From Macrostomum lignano (lineage: Eukaryota): a DNA stretch of 64,000 nucleotides. The position numbers and the translations under genes are program-made. Position 1 is the first letter of the stretch. Every line of letters starts with the position of its first letter. Below the pieces are notes generated by a model. The model worked only from the letters and a program-made list of their open reading frames with translations. It did not search any database and had not been told where the DNA came from. The stretch lies in assembly GCA_002269645.1 (NCBI GenBank), contig NIVC01000551.1, forward strand, positions 186,001-250,000, written 5' to 3'. Of the stretch, positions 56,225 through 64,000 are shown one piece after another.

Positions 56225-56925
56225 GTGTCAGTAGTGTGACTCCCCCAGTGTCAGTAGTGTGACTCTCCCAGTGTCATTGTGACTCTTTCCATTAGGTGTC
56301 AGTAGTGTGACTCCCATGGCGTCATTGTGACTCTCCCAGTGTCAGTGTGACTCTTCTAGTGTCAGTGTGACTCTCCCATTGTCAGTGGGACTTTCCCATT
56401 GTCAGTGGGACTCTCCCAGTGTCTGCAGTGTGACTCTCCCATTGTCAGTGTGACTCTTCCATTGTCAGTGGGACTCTTCCATTGTCAGTGGGACTTTCCC
56501 ATTGTCAGTGTGACGCTCCCAGTGTCAGTAGTTTGACGCTCCCATTGTCAGTATGACTCTCCCAGTGTCAGTGTGACTCTCCCAGTGTCAGTATGACTCT
56601 CCCAGTGTCAGTGTGGCTCTCGCAGTGTCAGTATGACTCTCCCAGTGTCAGTGTGGCTCTCCCAGTGTCAGTGTGGCTCTCCCAGTGTCAGTATGACTCT
56701 CCCAGTGTCAGTGTGGCTCTCCCAGTGTCAGTGTGGCTCTCCCAGTGTCAGTGTGGCTCTCCCAGTGTCAGTGTGGCTCTCCCAGTGTCAGTATGACTCT
56801 CCCAGTGTCAGTGTGGCTCTCCCAGTGTCAGTGTGGCTCTCCCAGTGTCAGTGTGACGCTCCCAGTGTCAGTAGTTTGACGCTCCCATTGTCAGTAGTGT
56901 GACTCTCCCAGTGTCAGTGTGACTC
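56225..56925. repeat. 20-bp minisatellite (GTGTGACTCTCCCAGTGTCA) in copy C
   Basis: Direct inspection. Confidence 0.95.
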
Positions 56926-57451
56926 TACATCTTCTCTGAAGTCCATTAACAATTGCAGAATAGAGTGACTGATTCTTGGTCGATGAAAATGCGTTTAAAA
57001 ATTCATTCAGAAACGCCAGGAGTCTGTGTGTAAGTGCCCATCTCATACTCGAACTAGCACGAGAGTGTTAAGCCTAGATGAATTCTATTTCCACGACCTT
57101 GTTGACCAAGTTTAAATTTGACAAAACGTGTGCTCTAAATTAAGACTTGCACAGTATAAACTCATAGCTTTGATGGAGAAGAAGCAAAGTGGCCGTCGGT
57201 TACGTGTCGATATTCATGGTAGCCAACTCACTCGGTTCGCATTGCTGCAAAATGATGAGCATCCAATGAAGACGATCTAGTTAAAAAATGAGACTCGACA
57301 ACATAACGCTGAGGTACTTTCGTATGGGGTCCATCTAAGACAATATTTATTGCTGTTACAGTAAATACAGTACCGCTACAGTGCAGTAAAATTCGAAATT
57401 TTGCATTTGACGACTAAATTACGCGAGGTTCACGGATCATTTGAATCCACA

Positions 57452-59048
57452 ATGGGTCTGTGTTGTTCGGTGGAGGACTGCCCTCGTTGTAAAAGTGTGT
57501 AAGTTTTTCGAATTGCGAGACGCTTAAGGTCTATTTTCTATTCCGTGATAAAACTTGCGGAGATCATCAGTAGCTTAACTCCGCGCGCTACGATAGACAA
57601 AGGAATTCTACGAGTAGCCCGAGTTTATCTTCACTCCCCGTAATATCAGGCAGGCTCACATGCAGAGCTGCATTACACGCTTGTAATAATACACTGAACC
57701 AGACAGATACTCCAGAGTCTGTCTGGGAGGCTGGCCCAGCAACTGAGGATCTGGGAGGCTGGCCCAGCAACTGAGGATCTTGGAGGCTGGCCCAGCAACT
57801 GAGGATCTGGGAGGCTGGCCCAGCAACTGAGGATCTGGGTGGCTGGCTTAGCAACAGAGGATCTGGGAGGCTGGCCCAGCAACTGAGGATCTGGGAGGCT
57901 GGCCCAGCAACTGACACTCTGGGAGGCTGGCCCAGCAACTGAGGATCTGGGAGGCTGGCCCAGCAACTGAGGATCTGGGAGGCTGGCCCAGCAACTGAGG
58001 ATCTGGGAGGCTGGCCCAGCAACTGAGGATCTGGGAGGCTGGCCCAGCAACTGAGGATCTGGGAGGCTGGCCCAGCAACTGAGGATCTGGGAGGCTGGCC
58101 CAGCAACTGAGGAACTGGGAGGCTGCCCAGCAACTGAGGATCTGGGAGGCTGGCCCAGCAACTGAGGATCTGGGAGGCTGGCCCAGCAACTGAGGATCTG
58201 GGAGGCTGGCCCAGCAATCAGAGTCTGGAGTATTTCATTGTTTTGTTGTATTATTATATATTTGAATCAATCTCAAAGCTCCGTGGCATGCGGTCATTTA
58301 AGCATTAATTACCAATAAAATATCCCACAAAGTATTGCATTTTTCCTGTTGTTAATTAAGCCGTTAATTAAGCCGTCTCTCCAGTAGCCCATCTGACTCC
58401 CACAGTAGCCCAACTGACTCCCTTCCACAGTAGTCAATCTGACGCTCAGTATTAGTCGGACTTGCCATTTAGCATTCCGACCGCATAACTATGATTCCTC
58501 AAATTCATTTCGCAATCGTAAAGTTGCTTCTATATGAACATAATAATGTTCAAGTGAACTGGTAAAGTTATCAATATGAAATATACATTCAAGCGGTGCG
58601 AGAAAAGTTTTAGAGAAATCAATATTTCATTTATAGATATATGTACTGGTCCTAAAAACCTCCCTATAGTTGGTACTGGATCCTCTGGTGTTCCATTGAC
58701 CCTGCCATATGCCTCTGAAAACCGGTTATTTAAAATTATGACAATTTTAGAAGAGACGAACGCGAACGCCGCGACGGCTACCGTGACGGATGCTGCAAAC
58801 ACCCAAACAAAAAGTACGTTGTTTTGTTTATCTGCGCAGAATCGCCAGCCCGAAGCTCTTTCCGCTACATGCACAATGCTACTCATTTCAGTGGCTGCGA
58901 ACCCGCTACAGACAGTGTTGAACCTAAAATACTGGCGCCCAATGCTGGCGATGCTGCCATCGATGCTGGAGTTCCAATCAGGGAGCCAACTCTAGCGAGC
59001 AACGGTGAAGCGGATGACACAGTTGACTTCAACAGCGATATAATCTAG
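57452..59048 (+). CDS. Candidate Cys-rich gene C2; exon 57452-57498 (MGLCCSVEDCPRCKS) joined to an exon from 58751 (RDERERRDGYRDGCCKHPNK), which either reads through to TAG at 59048 (114 aa) or splices at 58813
   Basis: Phase-2 donor GTAAGT, acceptor TTTTAG|A at 58750/58751, and a CC-x-HPN motif like the other second exons. Confidence 0.5.
57722..58215. repeat. 28-bp minisatellite (GGGAGGCTGGCCCAGCAACTGAGGATCT)
   Basis: Same flanks as the 52388 array. Confidence 0.95.
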
Positions 59049-59932
59049 CAGTGTCATTTTTTATGTCGCAAGGCTAGCAACAGCTGACCAACAACAACGG
59101 TGTTTTAGTTGTCCCTACATGATACCGTAGTAACACATCTAACTTTTAGTAAGCTGTTTTGTCATCAGATCCATGAGTCGGCAGGTGCATGTGCGAGCTT
59201 AATTTCTTTAGCACTTATTTAGAAAAACAAACCGTCTGAGTTCTCGCAGTCTCAGGGTATCTAAGTAATCTCGGCTTCAGTAACTACTCGATAATTAACT
59301 GCATCCTGGTGATGCCATCTGGTTACACATTTAGTTGTAGCGTAGCATTGGTAACCACTAGATGCTGCATCTAAAGGCTTTGGTCTTCTCTTGGCAGTTC
59401 TCCTCCTCCGTGTACCCCGCCAGCGCTTCCTCACAGACTCGCTAACACTTCCCCGATTCTTTGGGAAAAAATATTTGAAATTAAACTTAATACTCTCACT
59501 TACTCCCTCATCAGAAGCCTACCGCACACTCATCGGATCAATAATTTCACCCAGACTATAGAAACTCTGCCAGAACATTGACAAACACAATCTGCTGATG
59601 ACTGATCTACTGAGCAGGATAGGTAAGTCGTCCGCTCGTATTTTGTCTGAAGCGTAGAAAAATATAGAGAGGTGCTGCAATTTTCGGCAGATTACCTTCA
59701 AACAGCATGAGCCAACACTGCTAGTTAAGTGATCAGTGATCAATTCTGTCAATTGCAAAACCTGCAGAGTTGATGAACTAAGCTGCTTGAGTCTTTTACA
59801 AACTATACTCAGATGGCTCACTTCAGCTTCAACTCGAGCAGAAAAGCGCCAGCTTCAAATGGAACCGGCAAGCAAAAGCAAAATCGTCACAGGGCTGTAC
59901 AGACTCCAATCTAACATTCCTGCTCAAGACTG

Positions 59933-60345
59933 ATGCAGATCTCCAGATTACTCAATGCGCTGCTGATTCTGCAGACCCTTCAGTCAGTGACGGCTCCGTG
60001 CCCTGCTCCGTTTCAACTCGAATCCGGCAGGTGCATGTTTGTTAAAATGGCCCACAATTACACCTGGTGCGAGGCCAATCAACGATGCCAGGAGATGGGA
60101 GGCGAGCTGTTGAACCAGTACGAATCGTTGAAGGTGCTGCACCAAATGCCCAGCGTGAGCTGCACTCACTGCATGCTGTGGTTCGGATTAAGCGACCTGG
60201 CCGATGAGACAGACACCAAAAGGGGAGGCTGGCAGCGGATCAATGACAATGGAATGCTGCCTCACGCCTCACTGTGGTACGTTAATGCAACTGAAATTCA
60301 TCAATAAATCGAACTTTCTCGAACTTGCGCGGATTCGTCTGCGAG
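59933..60345 (+). pseudogene. Truncated paralog of the C-type lectin at 22566
   Basis: Near-identical N-terminal 115 aa, then a deletion of the TGMPSSVGNQDC region, a frameshift and stop (60307), and loss of everything after the FACE-coding sequence. The upstream region is also homologous. Confidence 0.9.
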
Positions 60346-60399
60346 TCGAACGGAATCATCAGCAACAATGCCAGTTTTCAGTTAGTTCTTTAAGGCAGC

Positions 60400-61795
60400 A
60401 GAGTCACAGGGCGCGTCTTCGGGCCTGGGTGCGAACGTAGGTCGAAAGCGGGGCGTCTGCGTCAGCCAGCAGGCAGTCGATGAGACACAAAGTATCCTCG
60501 CCAGTAGGGTGCCTGCAGCGTCAGCAGTAGCACCTCCTGTGCCAGCTGTGGGCAGTACGACTCGGTGCACGGGATGATGCGCCCTGACAGCTGGAGTCGC
60601 CGACGGCCGCAACAATTCGCTCTGGAACGGACGAGGCGTGTGGTTCTACGACAACTGCCTGCGCGACAACTGCCTGCGGCGACAGCTGACTGCAAGCTGA
60701 GCTTGTTCAGCAACTCAGAGCGCAACATCATAGTTATTATTTGTAATTAGAAAAAATATAAAATACCAAACAGAGAAATAGAAAACAGGCTTTAGTGTAT
60801 TGAATTCAAAATTATATGTTTTATATTTTTTATTTAGTTACACGATTTTAAGTCGACAGAAACTATTTGCTGCTACTACAGTACATTGGTTCACTTTGTT
60901 GTTAACTTGAACTAAAGCAACAGGGAACACACGCACAAATAAAGTTGTCGTCGCAGGCAGTTGTCGTCGCAGGCAGTTGTCGTCGCAGGCAGTTGTCGTC
61001 GCAGGCAGTTGTCGTCGCAGGCAGTTGTCGTCGCAGGCAGTTGTCGTCGCAGGCAGTTGTTGTCGCAGGCAGTTGTCGTCGCAGGCAGTTGTCGTCGCAG
61101 GCAGTTGTCGTCTCAGGCAGTTGTCGTCGCAGGCAGTTGTCGTCGCAGGCAGTTGTCGTCGCAGGCAGTTGTCGACGCAGGCAGTTGTCGTCGCAGGCAG
61201 TTGTCGTCGCAGACAGTTGTCGTCGCAGGCAGTTGTCGTCGCAGGCAGTTGTCGTCGCAGGCAGTTGTCGTCGCAGGCAGTTGTTGTCGCAGGCAGTTGT
61301 CGTCGCAGGCAGTTGTCGTCGCAGGCAGTTGTCGTCTCAGGCAGTTGTCGTCGCAGGCAGTTGTCGTCGCAGGCAGTTGTCGTCGCAGGCAGTTGTCGAC
61401 GCAGGCAGTTGTCGTCGCAGGCAGTTGTCGTCGCAGACAGTTGTCGTCGCAGGCAGTTGTCGTCGCAGGCAGTTGTCGTCGCAGGCAGTTGTCGTCGCAG
61501 GCAGTTGTCGTCGCAGACAGTTGTCGTCGCAGGCAGTTGTCGTCGCAGGCAGTTGTCGTCGCAGGCAGTTGTCGTCGCAGGCAGTTGTCGTCGCAGGCAG
61601 TTGTCGTCGCAGACAGTTGTCGTCGCAGGCAGTTGTCGTCGCAGGCAGTTGTCGTCGCAGGCAGTTGTCGTCGCAGGCAGTTGTCGTGCTATCCAGGCGT
61701 GCGGGGCGTACAGTTTCGCGTTGGAAACTGGCTCGGCCAGCGTGCGCCGCGTCAACTTGCTGTTTAAGCGAGTCTGTCAGCATCCAAGTCTCGAA
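60400..61795 (-). mobile_element. RTE-type LINE 3' fragment (61795-61695 and 60640-60400) split by an insertion
   Basis: MLTDSLKQQVDAAH..PVSNAKLY on the right. RRRLQLSGRII..QEVLLLTLQAPY..IDCLLADADA..RRRAL* on the left. Homologous to 13490-13710. Confidence 0.75.
60641..61694. mobile_element. Non-autonomous TIR-like element whose terminal repeat unit is amplified into a 16-bp satellite (GTTGTCGTCGCAGGCA, 60945-61688)
   Basis: Direct repeat AGGCGTG at 60634-60640 and 61695-61701. The left end ACGACAACTGCCTGCG (2-3 copies) is the inverse of the right-end array. Confidence 0.7.
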
Positions 61796-62164
61796 ATTCT
61801 AAAATAGGACGGTCTTGACCACCACCTGGAACAACTCCGCCCTCTGACGGTCAGATCTTAGACTACAAGACAGCCCTCACAGAACGAGAGGCAGTCTTAA
61901 TAACCCAACGGCAACGCCAAAGATTCTCGCGGGTGTTAGGAATCAGACCGACAATGTAGACGAACGATCCTGTCATCGCAGAAGTGGCGTTGCCTCGCGC
62001 ATTTTAGCAAGCAAGCAAGATATTCTTCTTCGTGCTGACCATCAAGCAAATTTAGCTTGTCTAAGACAGCAGCGCTAGGCAAGCACGCTGAGCCGCCTCT
62101 CTGCTTTGCGTCGACTCATGCATCACCGCTCCAGAAAGCCATATTAGTTGGTAAGAGAACAGTC

Positions 62165-62510
62165 CTGTTTTGCGAGTACGACAACGAAGATGCTCAGCAT
62201 TTCGTCTGTCAATGCCCGTTCTTCACCAGGGAGCGGCTAAACCACCTCGGTCCAAACCCATCTATCGATGATGTTTGTAGACCCTAGAACATCTCACGGC
62301 TCGTCCGGTTCCTTCGGGCAACTAGACGAGCCTCTTTCTTCCCGAATGAAGAAAACGCTGCAGGACGTACTGGCGGACCGCCCTGACTGGCCCCGCACCA
62401 TTGCCGAAGCGGGCGGGACACCAGGGTTTAAGTAGCGGAATGGGCGACTCTCGCCTCCCCTCTGCGTCTTCGGACTGCCCTGCAGTTAAGTCCAGTAAGT
62501 AAGTCAGAGC
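62165..62510 (+). mobile_element. 5'-truncated 3' end of a LINE related to the 29413..35293 element
   Basis: FCEYDNEDAQHFVCQCP..RERLNHLGP..RFLRATRRA..GRTGGPP* parallels FCNSGDETAEHFVSICP..RARLTYLGP..RYLRATRRA..GDTGGPP*. Shared 3' UTR end GCCCTGCAG.TAAGTC.AGTAAGT. Confidence 0.85.
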
Positions 62511-64000
62511 AGTCCTCAAGCATTCAGTCAAGCATCAAATCTCCCTGAAACAGCCCAGAGGATGTCTCGAATAGGTCTCATATGTCGTTCAGTGTTGCCA
62601 GGACAGTTTTCGTGTCACTTTTCATTGGTGTGAAAGGTGCTCTAGAACGTTTTACGCACGGAGCTCCTTCTGGAGCACTGCCCTGACGATGGAGTCGAAT
62701 TCCTGGGTGAAATTTATAAAAATAACAATCGTAGGATCGACTGGTGTATCCGCGCCTCCTCGATGACTCGAAAAAGAGCCAGGATCTGTGCCATTGTGCC
62801 GCGATGGTGCCGGAACCCGTTTTGTTGAGGGCACTTGTGCGGATCCAGCAGGGGCTGCAACCGCGATGGTTGCGAAACAGTGCAGAAACGAAGACAGATG
62901 ACTCGTGTCTCTATATAAGTAAAGTAACACTGTTCGTTTCTTGACTTGTGCTCATAGATTGCAGCTACTTTATACAGATACTACTGCTTGAATTTCTAAA
63001 GTAGTGTATAAATATATACGCTCGAAAAGCGATAAAAAGCGATAAAGATTGGAATTAGCAGCTACAGTGGCTAAGAGCAGTTGGTTAGAAAACTACCAAC
63101 CCAAGGAGTTGTGGACGATAGGTGGTACAATAAAAGGACGACGCAAATGCGCAATACGAGCTAGTACTTGCCGCGTTCTATTTAGCCCTCGCGTTTAGGC
63201 TATATTTAGATCTGGGGAAGTACCTGATTTGGATTCTCCAGCAGTAACTCGTACTAAACTGCTCTTTACGCAATTGAGAAGGATATAAATCTTCTACGTG
63301 ATTTTGTAGACCTTAAAAGATGTGTGCTGTAAATGCCTCAACAATGTGACTGCTGATTGTACGCTCGTATGTCACATTAAGTTAAGAAAGTTATCTTTCC
63401 AGCAATTAATTTTTGTCATAATAACCATGCGTATGATGTCATGGAGCTTGATCAAGAGCAAAAATTATCAATAACCTTTTACGTGCTAATTCTTCTCTAC
63501 TTAACGGTTCCGAGGATAGATAAAAATGGGATGCTTTTCCCTTGATTTCCCGCAATTTTCGGTAACGATACATTACTTACAAGAGGTCACTAAAAACCAG
63601 GCGGCATTGATAAAAGTGGAAGCAAGACTGAGAGTCAGGAGGAGGACAAAGACAGGTGTTGTAAAGATCCAGCCAAATGTGAGCTGTGCATGTAAGACTT
63701 TGTTTGTCTGTTTTACTATCTGATTTAACATTACGAGCGTATTTTGATTTTGACCTTGTATTCAGCGTGATCATGGTGACTTTGCTTTAGTAATTCTCTA
63801 GAATTCTAATATCACCGTGTCGACGAGTTTTCACCTTGAGAGGCTGGTTTCTTAGAAACGGCCGCAGGTAAGATTTAGATGAAAAGCCGTAAATTAGCCG
63901 TGTGGTCACTCTTTCAAACGCCATTCGCTGGATTTACAAGCTAGGACCATGATTTCCAATTTTCATACCTGTCTTTATTATTCTTGGCTCATTATTCAAT

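Larger units (their letters stand above)
54770..58410 (+). repeat. Segmental duplication copy C
   Basis: Similar to A from CATCGTAT..GATCGAATGGC onward, and to B through TTAATTAAGCCGTTAATTAAGCCG..CAGTAGC. Confidence 0.9.

Noticed and set aside
60838-61807. Long ORFs (268-305 aa) on both strands
   Set aside because: Products of the 16-bp array.
62650-62930. Cys-containing ORFs near the window end
   Set aside because: No recognisable motif, consistent frame or splice support.

Overview
Repeat-rich animal genomic DNA with GT-AG introns. The style suggests a free-living flatworm such as Macrostomum, but that is unverified inference. Host genes: an intact 6-exon V-ATPase subunit A gene (- strand, 627 aa); an 8-exon JMJD8-like JmjC gene with an N-terminal membrane anchor and C-terminal TPR-like repeats (+, about 509 aa); an intronless C-type lectin gene plus a truncated pseudogene copy; an ankyrin-repeat exon; an orphan, decayed 3' fragment of BTAF1/Mot1; and two adjacent intronless paralogous ORFs of unknown function. 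The ORF track misses a cluster of very small Cys-rich genes built from 44-63 nt micro-exons (first exon M-x(1-3)-CC-x4-C-x2-C, second exon CC-x-HP). These sit in a 2-3 kb segment present three times. Mobile DNA: a 5.9 kb near-intact LOA/R1-type LINE (APE-RT-RNaseH-CCHC) inserted into a 23-bp satellite with a 4-bp TSD; fragments of RTE-type and LOA-type LINEs; tRNA-derived SINEs (one with a 15-bp TSD, others with a CORE-like domain); a hAT-type MITE with an 8-bp TSD; and a TIR-like element whose end repeat has expanded into a 16-bp satellite. About 20 micro/minisatellite arrays generate most of the long ORFs in the track, which are spurious. Two compact promoter-like motif clusters (TATA with CArG/MEF2/AP-1/CRE/CCAAT) lie on the - strand.
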